Of a stretch of 64,000 bases of DNA, positions 22,401 through 35,169 are shown in pieces. The stretch lies in contig NC_092670.1 of the NCBI RefSeq assembly GCF_964355755.1, positions 27,454,388 through 27,518,387 of the forward strand, written 5' to 3'. Below the pieces are notes generated by a model. The model was not told where the DNA came from. It saw nothing but the letters and a program-made list of their open reading frames with translations, and ran no database searches. A program made the position numbers and the translations under genes. This DNA is from Antedon mediterranea (lineage: Eukaryota; Animalia; Echinodermata). Each line of letters starts with the position of its first letter. Position 1 is the first letter of the stretch.

Positions 22401-24649
22401 TGTAAATACTATATTAAGCTATTTTGTGCTCTTTGATGTTTTTGTGTGAAAAGTTTTATCGAAATGCTTAAAACGGTTTCTAATGTGATTGTAAGCACTT
22501 TGATGTTTTTATGTTAACAACTTTTTTAGAAAATCACAAAATGGTCTAAAACGTCTCCAAATGCGATTTGAAGCAATTATAAGCACTTTGGTGTTTTTAT
22601 GGTAACGAGTTATTTCGAAAATCACAAAATGGTCTAAAACGTCTCCAAATGCGATTTTAAGATATTCTAAGCACTTTGGTGTTTTTATGTTAACAAGTTT
22701 TTTCGAAAATCACAAAATGGTCTAAAACGTCCCCAAATGCGATTTGAAGCTATTTTAAGCACTTTTGTGTTTTTGTGTAACCAAGTTTTTTCGAAAATCA
22801 CAAAATGGTCTAAAACGTCTCCAAATTCGATTTGAAGCTATTCTGTACACTTTGCTGTTTTGTGTGAATAATTTTTGTCGAAATGCTCAAAATTGTCAAA
22901 AACGTTTTAAATACGATATTAAGCTATTTTGTGCTCTTTGATGTTTTTGTGTGAAAAGTTTTATCGAAATGCTCAAAATGGTCTAAAACGGTTTCTAATG
23001 TGATTTTAAGCACTTTGGTGTTTTTATGTTAACAAGTTTTTTCGAAAATCACAAAATGGTCTAAAACGTCTCCAAATGTGATTTGAAGCTATTCTAAACA
23101 CTTTGGTGTTTTTATGTTAACAAGTTTTTTCGAAAATCACAAATTGGTCTAAAACGTCTCCAAATACGATTTGAAGCTATTTTAAGCACTTTGGTGTTTT
23201 TGTGTAACCAATTTTTTTCGAAAATCACAAAAGGGTCTAAAATGTCTCAAAATGCGATTTGAAGCTATTCTAAGCAATTTGGTGTTTTTATGTTAACAAG
23301 TTTTTTCGAAAATCACAAAATGGTCTAAAACGTCTCCAAATGCGATTTGAAGCTATTCTAAGCACTTTGGTGTTTTTATGTTAACAAGTTTTTTCGAAAA
23401 TCACAAAATGGTATAAAACGTCTCCAAATGCGATTTGAAGGTATTTTAAGCACTTTGATGTTTTTATGTTAACGAGTTTTTTCGAAAATCACAAAATGGT
23501 CTAAAACGTCTCCAAATGCGATTTGAAGCTATTCTAATCACTTTGGTGTTTTTATGTTAACAAGTTTTTTCGAAAATCACAAAATGGTCTAAAACGTCTC
23601 CAAATGCGATTTGAAGCTATTCTAAGCACTTTGGTGTTTTTATGTTAACAAGTTTTTTCGAAAATCACAAAATGGTATAAAACGTCTCCAAATGCGATTT
23701 TAAGATATTCTAAGCACTTTTGTGTTTTTATGTTAACAAGTTTTTTCGAAAATTACAAAATGGTCTAAAATGTCTCAAAATGCGATTTGAAGCTATTCTG
23801 TACACTTTGATGTTTTTATGTTAACAAGTTTTTCGAAAGTCACAAAATGGTCTAAAACGTCTCCAAATGCGATTTGAAGCTATTTTAAGCACTTTGGTGT
23901 TTTTGTGTAACCAAGTTTTTTCGAAAATCACAAAAGGGTCTAAATGTCTCAAAATGCGATTTGAAGCTATTCTGGACACTTTGATGTTTTTATGTTAACA
24001 AGTTTTTTCGAAAGTCACAAAATGGTCTAAGACGTATCCAAATGCGATTTGAAGCAATTCTAAGCACTTTGGTGTTTTTATGTTAACAAGTTTTTTCGAA
24101 AATCACAAAATGGTCTAAAACGTCTCCAAATGCGATTTGAAGCTATTTTAAGCACTTTGGTGTTTTTATGTTAACAAGTTTTTTCGAAAATCACAAAATG
24201 GTCTAAAACGTCTCCAAATGCGATTTGAAGCTATTCTGTACACTTTGATGTTTTTATGTTAACAAGTTTTTTCGAAAGTCACAAAATGGTCTAAAACGTC
24301 TCCAAATGCGATTTGAAGCTATTCTAAGCACTTTGGTGTTTTTATGGTAATTTATTTCGAAAATCACAAAATTGTCTAAAACATCTCCAAATGCGATTTT
24401 AAGCTATTCTAAGCACTTTGGTGTTTTTATGTTAACAAGTTTTTTCGAAAATCACAAAAATAGTCTAAAACGTCTCCAAATGCGATTTGAAGCTATTCTA
24501 AGCACTTTGGTGTTTTTTATGTTAACAAGTTTTTTCGAAAATCACAAAATGGTGTAAAACGTCTCCAAATGCGATTTGAAGCTATTGTAAGCACTTTGGT
24601 GTTTTTATGTTAACAAGTTTTTTCGAAAATCACAAAATGGTGTAAAACG

Positions 24650-26900
24650 TCTCCAAATGCGATTTTAAGCTATTCTAAGCAATTTGGTGTTTTTATGTTA
24701 ACAAGTTTTTTCGAAAATCACAAAATGGTCTAAAACGTCTCCAAATGCGATTTGAAGCTATTCTGTACACTTTACTGTTTTTTGTGAATAATTTTTGTCG
24801 AAATGCTCAAAATGGTCAAAAACGTTTTCAAATACGATATTAAGCTATTTTGTGCTCTTTGATGTTTTTGTGTGAAAAGTTTTATCGAAATGCTTAAAAT
24901 GTTCTAAAACGGTTTCTAATGTGATTTTAAGCACTTTGATGTTTTTATGTTAACGAATTTTTTCGAAAATCACAAAATGGTCTAAAATGTCTCCAAATGC
25001 GATTTCAAGCTATTCTGAGCACTTTGGTGTTTTATGTTAACTAGTTTTTTCGAAAATCACAAAATGGTCTAAAACGTCTCCAAATGCGATTTGAAGCTAT
25101 TCTAAGCAATTTGGTGTTTTTATGTTAACAAGTTTTTTCGAAAATCACAAAATGGTCTAAAACGTCTCCAAATGCGATTTGAAGCTATTCTAAGCACTTT
25201 GGTGTTTTTATGGTAATTTATTTCGAAAATCACAAAATTGTCTAAAACATCTCCAAATGCGATTTTAAGCTATTCTAAGCACTTTGGTGTTTTTATGTTA
25301 ACAAGTTTTTTCGAAAATCACAAAATGGTCTAAAATGTTTCCAAATGCGATTTGAAGCTTTTCTAAGCACTTTGGTGTTTTTATGTTTACAAGTTTTTTC
25401 GAAAATCACAAAATGGTCTAAAACGTCTCCAAATGCGATTTGAAGCTATTCTAAGCACTTTGGTGTTTTTATGTTAACAACTTTTTTAGAAAAAATCACA
25501 AAATGGTCTAAAACGGTTTCTAATGTGATTTTAAGCACTTTGATGTTTTTATGTTAACATTTTTTTTAGAAAATCACAAAATGGTCTAAAACGTCTCCAA
25601 ATGCGATTTGAAGCAATTCTAAGCACTTTGGTGTTTTTATGGTAACGAGTTTTTTTGAATATCACAAAATGGTCTAAAATGTCTCCAAATGCGATTTGAA
25701 GCTTTTCTAAGCACTTTGGTGTTTTTATGTTTACAAGTTTTTTCGAAAATCACAAAATGGTCTAAAACGGCTCCAAATGCGATTTTAAGCTATTCTAAGC
25801 AATTTGGTGTTTTTATGTTAACAAGTTTTTTCGAAAATCACAAAATGGTCTAAAACGTCTCCAAATGCGATTTGAAGCTATTCTGTACACTTTACTGTTT
25901 TTTGTGAATAATTTTTGTCGAAATGCTCAAAATGGTCAAAAACGTTTTCAAATACGATATTAAGCTATTTTGTGCTCTTTGATGTTTTTGTGTGAAAAGT
26001 TTTATCGAAATGCTTAAAATGTTCTAAAACGGTTTCTAATGTGATTTTAAGCACTTTGATGTTTTTATGTTAACGAATTTTTTCGAAAATCACAAAATGG
26101 TCTAAAATGTCTCCAAATGCGATTTCAAGCTATTCTGAGCACTTTGGTGTTTTATGTTAACTAGTTTTTTCGAAAATCACAAAATGGTCTAAAACGTCTC
26201 CAAATGCGATTTGAAGCTATTCTAAGCAATTTGGTGTTTTTATGTTAACAAGTTTTTTCGAAAATCACAAAATGGTCTAAAACGTCTCCAAATGCGATTT
26301 GAAGCTATTCTAAGCACTTTGGTGTTTTTATGGTAATTTATTTCGAAAATCACAAAATTGTCTAAAACATCTCCAAATGCGATTTTAAGCTATTCTAAGC
26401 ACTTTGGTGTTTTTATGTTAACAAGTTTTTTCGAAAATCACAAAATGGTCTAAAATGTCTCCAAATGCGATTTGAAGCTTTTCTAAGCACTTTGGTGTTT
26501 TTATGTTTACAAGTTTTTTCGAAAATCACAAAATGGTCTAAAACGTCTCCAAATGCGATTTGAAGCTATTCTAAGCACTTTGGTGTTTTTATGTTAACAA
26601 CTTTTTTAGAAAATCACAAAATGGTCTAAAACGGTTTCTAATGTGATTTTAAGCACTTTGATGTTTTTATGTTAACAACTTTTTTAGAAAATCACAAAAT
26701 GGTCTAAAACGTCTCCAAATGCGATTTGAAGCAATTCTAAGCACTTTGGTGTTTTTATGGTAACGAGTTTTTTTGAATATCACAAAATGGTCTAAAATGT
26801 CTCCAAATGCGATTTGAAGCTTTTCTAAGCACTTTGGTGTTTTTATGTTTACAAGTTTTTTCGAAAATCACAAAATGGTCTAAAACGGCTCCAAATGCGA
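24650..26900 (+). repeat. Tandem higher-order repeat, 2 x 1120 bp
   Basis: Seen: AACGTTTTCA at 24821/25941 and CTAG variant at 25041/26161. Confidence 0.88.
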
Positions 26901-27770
26901 TTTGACGCTATTTTAAGCACTTTGGTGTTTTTGTGTAACCAAGTTTTTTCGAAAATCACAAAAGGGTCTAAAATGTCTCAAAATGCGATTTGAAGCTATT
27001 CTGTACACTTTGATGTTTTTATGTTAACAAGTTTTTCGAAAGTCACAAAATGGTCTAAAACGTCTCCAAATGCGATTTGAAGCTATTCTAAGCACTTTGG
27101 TGTTTTTATGTTAACAAGTTTTTTCGAAAATCACAAAATGCTCTAAAACGTCTCCAAATGCGATTTGAAACTATTCTAAGCACTTTGGTGTTTTTATGTT
27201 AACAACTTTTTTAGAAAATCACAAAATGGTCTAAAACGGTTTCTAATGTGATTTTAAGCACTTTGATGTTTTTATGTTAACAACTTTTTTAGAAAATCAC
27301 AAAATGGTCTAAAACGTCTCCAAATGCGATTTGAAGCAATTCTAAGCACTTTGGTGTTTTTATGGTAACGAGTTTTTTTGAATATCACAAAATGGTCTAA
27401 AATGTCTCCAAATGCGATTTGAAGCTTTTCTAAGCACTTTGGTGTTTTTATGTTTACAAGTTTTTTCGAAAATCACAAAATGGTCTAAAACGGCTCCAAA
27501 TGCGATTTGACGCTATTTTAAGCACTTTGGTGTTTTTGTGTAACCAAGTTTTTTCGAAAATCACAAAAGGGTCTAAAATGTCTCAAAATGCGATTTGAAG
27601 CTATTCTGTACACTTTGATGTTTTTATGTTAACAAGTTTTTCGAAAGTCACAAAATGGTCTAAAACGTCTCCAAATGCGATTTGAAGCTATTCTAAGCAC
27701 TTTGGTGTTTTTATGTTAACAAGTTTTTTCGAAAATCACAAAATGCTCTAAAACGTCTCCAAATGCGATT
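26570..27770 (+). repeat. Tandem higher-order repeat, 2 x 605 bp (7 monomers)
   Basis: Seen: rare GACGCTA at 26904/27509. 78 + 6x88 - 1 = 605. Confidence 0.87.
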
Positions 27771-30700
27771 TGAAGCTATTCTGTACACTTTACTGTTTTT
27801 TGTGAATAATTTTTGTCGAAATGCTCAAAATGGTCAAAAACGTTTTTAAATACGATATTAAGCTATTTTGTGCTCTTTGATGTTTTTGTGTGAAAAGTTT
27901 TATCGAAATGCTCAAAATGTTCTAAAACGGTTTCTAATGTGATTTTAAGCACTTTGATGTTTTTATGTTAACGATTTTTTTCGAAAATCACAAAATGGTC
28001 TAAAATGTCTCCAAATGCGATTTCAAGCTATTCTTAGCACTTTGGTGTTTTTATGTAACAAGTTTTTTCGAAAATCACAAAATGGTCTAAAACGTCTCCA
28101 AATGCGATTTTAAGCTCTTCTAAGCAATTTGGTGTTTTTATGTTAACAAGTTTTTTCGAAAATCACAAAATGGTCTAAAACGTCTCCAAATGCGATTTGA
28201 AGCTTTTCTAAGCTTACTTTGGTGTTTTTATGTTTAGGAGTTTTTCCGAAAATCACAAAATGGTCTAAAACGTTTCCAAATGCGATTTCAAGCTATTCTT
28301 AGCACTTTGGTGTTTTTATGTTAACAACTTTTTTAGAAAATCACAAAATGGTCTAAAACGGTTTCTAATGTGATTTTAAGCACTTTGATGTTTTTATGTT
28401 AACAACTTCTTTAGAAAATCACAAAATGGTCTAAAACGTCTCCAAATGCGATTTGAAGCAATTCTAAGCACTTTGGTGTTTTTATGGTAACGAGTTTTTT
28501 TGAATATCACAAAATGGTCTAAAATGTCTCCAAATGCGATTTGAAGCTTTTCTAAGCACTTTGGTGTTTTTATGTTTACAAGTTTTTTTCAAAAATCACA
28601 AAATGGTCTAAAACGGCTCCAAATGCGATTTGAAGCTATTCTAAGCACTTTGGTGTTTTTATGTTAACAAGTTTTTTCGAAAATCACAAAATGGTCTAAA
28701 ACGTCTCCAAATGCGATTTGAAGCTATTCTAAGCAATTTGGTGTTTTTATGTTAACAAGTTTTTTCGAAAATCACAAAATGGTCTAAAACGTCTCCAAAT
28801 GCGATTTGAAGCTATTCTAAGCACTTTGGTGTTTTTATGTTAACAACTTTTTTAGAAAATCACAAAATGGTCTAAAACGGTTTCTAATGTGATTTTAAGC
28901 ACTTTGATGTTTTTATGTTAACAACTTTTTTAGAAAATCACAAAATGGTCTAAAACGTCTCCAAATGCGATTTGAAGCAATTCTAAGCACTTTGGTGTTT
29001 TTATGGTAACGAGTTTTTTTGAATATCACAAAATGGTCTAAAATGTCTCCAAATGCGATTTGAAGCTTTTCTAAGCACTTTGGTGTTTTTATGTTTACAA
29101 GTTTTTTCGAAAATCACAAAATGGTCTAAAACGGCTCCAAATGCGATTTGAAGCTATTTTAAGCACTTTGCTGTTTTGTGTGAATAATTTTTGTCAAAAT
29201 GCTCAAAATGGTCAAAAACGTTTTTAAATACTATATTAAGCTATTTTGTGCTCTTTGATGTTTTTGTGTGAAAAGTTTTATCGAAATGCTCAAAATGGTC
29301 TAAAACGGTTTCTAATGTGATTTTAAGCACTTTGATGTTTTTATGTTAACAACTTTTTTAGAAAATTACAAAATGGTGTAAAACGTCTCCAAATGCGATT
29401 TGAAGCTATTCTAAGCAATTTGGTGTTTTTATGTTAACAAGTTTTTTCGAAAATCACAAAATGGTCTAAAACGTCTCCAAATGCGATCTGAAGCTATTCT
29501 AAGCACTTTTGTGTTTTTATGTTAACAAGTTTTTTCGAAAATCACAAAATGGTCTAAAATGTCTCCAAATGCGATTTGAAGCTTTTCTAAGCACTTTGGT
29601 GTTTTTATGTTTACAAGTTTTTTTCGAAAATCACAAAATGGTCTAAAACGTCTCCAAATGCGATTTGAAGCTATTCTGTACACTTTGCTGTTTTGTGTGA
29701 ATAATTTTTGTCAAAATGCTCAAAATGGTCAAAAACGTTTTTAATTACTATATTAAGCTATTTTGTGTTCTTTGATGTTTTTGTGTGAAAAGTTTTTTCG
29801 AAATGCTCAAAATGGTCTAAAACGGTTTCTAATGTGATTTTAAGCACTTTGATGTTTTTATGTTAACAACTTTTTTAGAAAATTACAAAATGGTCTAAAA
29901 CGTCTCCAAATGCGATTTGAAGCAATTCTAAGCACTTTGGTGTTTTTTATGTTAACAGGTTTTTTCGAAAATCACAAAATGGTCTAAAATGTCTCCAAAA
30001 TGCGATTTGAAGCTATTCTAAGCACTTTGGTGTTTGTATGTTAACAAGTTTTTTCGAAAATCACAAAATGGTATAAAACGTCTCCAAATGCGATTTTAAG
30101 GTATTTTAAGCACTTTGATGTTTTTATGTTAACGAGTTTTTTCGAAAATTACAAAATGGTCTAAAACGTCTCCAAATGCGATTTGAAGCTATTTTAAGCA
30201 CTTTGGTGTTTTTGTGTAACCAAGTTTTTTCGAAAATCACAAAAGGGTCTAAAATGTCTCAAAATGCGATTTGAAGCTATTCTTAGCACTTTGATGTTTT
30301 TATGTTAACAAGTTTTTTCGAAAGTCACAAAATGGTCTAAAACGTCTCCAAATGCGATTTGAAGCTATTCTAAGCACTTTGGTGTTTTTATGGTAATTTA
30401 TTTCGAAAATCACAAAATGGTCTAAAACATCTCCAAATGCGATTTTAAGCTATTCTAAGCACTTTGGTGTTTTTATGTTAACAAGTTTTTTCGAAAATCA
30501 CAAAAATAGTCTAAAACGTCTCCAAATGCGATTTGAAGCTATTCTAAGCACTTTGGTGTTTTTATGTTAACAAGTTTTTTCGAAAATCACAAAATGGTGT
30601 AAAACGTCTCCAAATGCGATTTGAAGCTATTGTAAGCACTTTTGTGTTTTTATGTTAACAAGTTTTTTCGAAAATCACAAAATGGTGTAAAACGTCTCCA

Positions 30701-33700
30701 AATGCGATTTTAAGCTATTCTAAGCAATTTGGTGTTTTTATGTTAACAAGTTTTTTCGAAAATCACAAAATGGTCTAAAACGTCTCCAAATGCGATTTGA
30801 AGCTATTCTGTACACTTTACTGTTTTTTGTGAATAATTTTTGTCGAAATGCTCAAAATGGTCAAAAACGTTTTTAAATACGATATTAAGCTATTTTGTGC
30901 TCTTTGATGTTTTTGTGTGAAAAGTTTTATCGAAATGCTCAAAATGGTCTAAAACGGTTTCTAATGTGATTTTAAGCACTTTGATGTTTTTATGTTAACA
31001 ATTTTTTTAGAAAATCACAAAATGGTCTAAAACGTCTCCAAATGCGATTTGAAGCAATTATAAGCACTTTGGTGTTTTTATGGTAACGAGTTATTTCGAA
31101 AATCACAAAATGGTCTAAAACGTCTCCAAATGCGATTTTAAGATATTCTAAGCACTTTGGTGTTTTTATGTTAACAAGTTTTTTCGAAAATCACAAAATG
31201 GTCTAAAACGTCTCCAAATGCGATTTGAAGCTATTTTAAGCACTTTGGTGTTTTTGTGTAACCAAGTTTTTTCGATAATCACAAAAGGGTCTAAAATGTC
31301 TCAAAATGCGATTTGAAGCTATTCTGTACACTTTGATGTTTTTATGTTAACAAGTTTTTTCGAAAGTCACAAAATGGTCTAAAACGTCTCCAAATGCGAT
31401 TTGAAGCTATTCTAAGCACTTTGGTGTTTTTATGTTAACAAGTTTTTTCGAAAATCACAAAATGGTATAAAACGTCTCCAAATGCGATTTTAAGCTATTC
31501 TAAGCAATTTGGTGTTTTTATGTTAACAAGTTTTTTCAAAAATCACAAAATGGTCTAAAACGTCTCCAAATGCGATTTGAAGCTATTCTGTACACTTTGC
31601 TGTTTTTTGTGAATAATTTTTGTCGAAATGCTCAAAATGGTCAAAAACGTTTTTAAATACGATATTAAGCTATTTTGTGCTCTTTGATGTTTTTGTGTGA
31701 AAAGTTTTATCGAAATGCTTAAAATGTTCTAAAACGGTTTCTAATGTGATTTTAAGCACTTTGATGTTTTTATGTTAACGAATTTTGTCGAAAATCACAA
31801 AATGGTCTAAAATGTCTCCAAATGCGATTTCAAGCTATTCTTAGCAATTTGGTGTTTTTATGTTAACAAGTTTTTTCGAAAATCACAAAATGGTATAAAA
31901 CGTCTCCAAATGCGATTTTAAGCTATTCTAAGCACTTTTGTGTTTTTATGTTAACAAGTTTTTTCGAAAATCACAAAATGGTCTAAAATGTCTCAAAATG
32001 CGATTTGAAGCTATTCTGTACACTTTGATGTTTTTATGTTAACAAGTTTTTTCGAAAATCACAAAATGGTCTAAAACGTCTCCAAATGCGATTTGAAGCT
32101 ATTCTAAGCAATTTGGTGTTTTTATGTTAACAAGTTTTTTCGAAAATCACAAAATGGTCTAAAACGTCTCCAAATGCGATTTGAAGCTATTCTAAGCACT
32201 TTGGTGTTTTTATGTTAACAACTTTTTTAGAAAATCACAAAATGGTCTAAAACGGTTTCTAATGTTATTTTAAGCACTTTGATGTTTTTATGTTAACAAC
32301 TTTTTTAGAAAATCACAAAATGGTCTAAAACGTCTCCAAATGCGATTTGAAGCAATTCTAAGCACTTTGGTGTTTTTATGGTAACAAGTTTTTTTGAATA
32401 TCACAAAATGGTCTAAAATGTCTCCAAATGCGATTTGAAGCTTTTCTAAGCACTTTGGTGTTTTTATGTTTACAAGTTTTTTCGAAAATCACAAAATGGT
32501 CTAAAACGTCTCCAAATGCGATTTGAAGCTATTTTAAGGACTTTGGTGTTTTTGTGTAACCAAGTTTTTTCGAAAATCACAAAAGGGTCTAAAATGTCTC
32601 CAAATGCGATTTGAAGCTATTCTGTACACTTTGATGTTTTTATGTTAACAAGTTTTTCGAAAGTCACAAAATGGTCTAAAACGTCTCCAAATGCGATTTG
32701 AAGCTATTCTAAGCACTTTGGTGTTTTTATGTTAACAAGTTTTTTCGAAAATCACAAAAGGGTCTAAAATGTCTCCAAATGCGATTTGAAGCTATTCTAA
32801 GCACTTTGGTGTTTTTATGTTAACAAGTTTTTTCGAAAATCACAAAAGGGTCTAAAATGTCTCCAAATGCGATTTGAAGCTATTCTGTACACTTTGATGT
32901 TTTTATGTTAACAAGTTTTTCGAAAGTCACAAAATGGTCTAAAACGTCTCCAAATGCGATTTGAAGCTATTCTAAGCACTTTGGTGTTTTTATGTTAACA
33001 AGTTTTTTCGAAAATCACAAAAGGGTCTAAAACGTCTCCAAATGCGATTTGAAGCTATTTTAAGCACTTTGGTGTTTTTGTGGAACCAAGTTTTTTCGAA
33101 AATCACAAAAGGGTCTATAATGTCTCAAAAAGCGATTTGAAGCTATTCTGTACACTTTGATGTTTTTATGTTAACAAGTTTTTTCGAAAATCACAAAATG
33201 GTCTAAAACGTCTCCAAATGCGATTTGAAGCTATTCTGTACACTTTGTTGTTTAGTGTGAATAATTTTTGTCAAAATGCTCAAAATGGTCAAAAACGTTT
33301 TTAAATACTATATTAAGCTATTTTGTGCTCTTTGATGTTTTTGTTTGAAAAGTTTTATCGAAATGCTCAAAATGGTCTAAAACGGTTTCTAATGTGATTT
33401 TAAGCACTTTGATGTTTTTATGTTAACAACTTTTTTAGAAAATCACAAAATGGTCTAAAACGTCTCCAAATGCGATTTGAAGCAATTCTAAGCACTTTGG
33501 TGTTTTTATGGTAACGAGTTTTTTTGAATATCACAAAATGGTCTAAAATGTCTCCAAATGCGATTTGAAGCTTTTCTAAGCACTTTGGTGTTTTTATGTT
33601 TACAAGTTTTTTCGAAAATCACAAAATGGTCTAAAACGTCTCCAAATGCGATTTTAAGCTATTCTAAGCAATTTGGTGTTTTTTTATGTTAACAAGTTTT

Positions 33701-35169
33701 TTCGAAAATCACAAAATGGTCTAAAACGTCTCCAAATGCGATTTGAAGCTATTCTGTACACTTTGCTGTTTTGTGTGAATAATTTTTGTCGAAATGCTCA
33801 AAATGGTCAAAAACGTTTTTAAATACGATATTAAGCTATTTTGTGCGCTTTGATGTTTTTGTGTGAAAAGTTTTATCGAAATGCTCAAAATGGTCTAAAA
33901 CGGTTTCTAATGTGATTTTAAGCACTTTGATGTTTTTATGTTAACGAGTTTTTTCGAAAATCACAAAATGGTCTAAAATGTCTCCAAATGCGATTTCAAG
34001 CTATTCTTAGCACTTTGGTGTTTTTATGTTAACAAGTTTTTTCGAAAATCACAAAATAGTCTAAAATGTCTCCAAATGCGATTTGAAGCTTTTCTAAGCA
34101 CTTTGGTGTTTTTATGTTTACAAGTTTTTTCGAAAATCACAAAATGGTCTAAAACGTCTCCAAATGCGATTTGAAGCTATTCTAAGCACTTTGGTGTTTT
34201 TATGTTAACAAGTTTTTTCGAAAATCACAAAATGGTCTAAAACGTCTCCAAATGCGATTTGAAGCTATTCTAAGCACTTTGGTGTTTTTATGTTAACAAG
34301 TTTTTTCGAAAATCACAAAAGCGTCTAAAACGTCTCCAAATGCGATTTGAAGCTATTCTAAGCAATTTGGTGTTTTTGTGTAACCAAGTTTTTTCGAAAA
34401 TCACAAAAGGGTCTAAAATGTCTCAAAATGCGATTTGAAGCTATTCTGTACACTTTGATGTTTTTATGTTAACAAGTTTTTTCGAAAGTCACAAAATGGT
34501 CTAAAACGTATCCAATTGCGATTAGAAGCTATTCTAAGCACTTTTGTGTTTTTATGTTAACAAGTTTTTTCGAAAATCACAAAATGGTGTAAAACGTCTC
34601 CAAATGCGATTTGAAGCTATTCTAAGCACTTTGGTGTTTTTATGTTAACAAGTTTTTTCGAAAATCACAAAATGGTGTAAAACGTCTCCAAATGCGATTT
34701 TAAGCTATTCTAAGCAATTTGGTGTTTTTATGTTAACAAGTTTTTTCGAAAATCACAAAAGGGTCTAAAATGTCTCAAAATGCGATTTGAAGCTATTCTG
34801 TACACTTTGATGTTTTTATGTTGACAAGTTTTTACGAAAGTCACAAAATGGTCTAAAACGTCTCCAAATGCGATTTGAAGCTATTCTAAGCACTTTGGTG
34901 TTTTTATGTTAACAAGTTTTTTCGAAAATCACAAAATGGTGTAAAACGTCTCCAAATGCGATTTGAAGCTATTCTAAGCACTTTGGTGTTTTTATGTTAA
35001 CAAGTTTTTTCGAAAATCACAAAATGGTGTAAAACGTCTCCAAATGCGATTTGAAGCTATTCTAAGCACTTTGGTGTTTTTTATGTTAACAAGTTTTTTC
35101 GAAAATCACAAAATGGTGTAAAACGTCTCCAAATGCGATTTGAAGCTATTGTAAGCACTTTGGTGTTTT

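Noticed and set aside
21534-24557. 63-aa and 61-aa ORFs
   Set aside because: Translations of the monomer with non-ATG starts; no coding signal.
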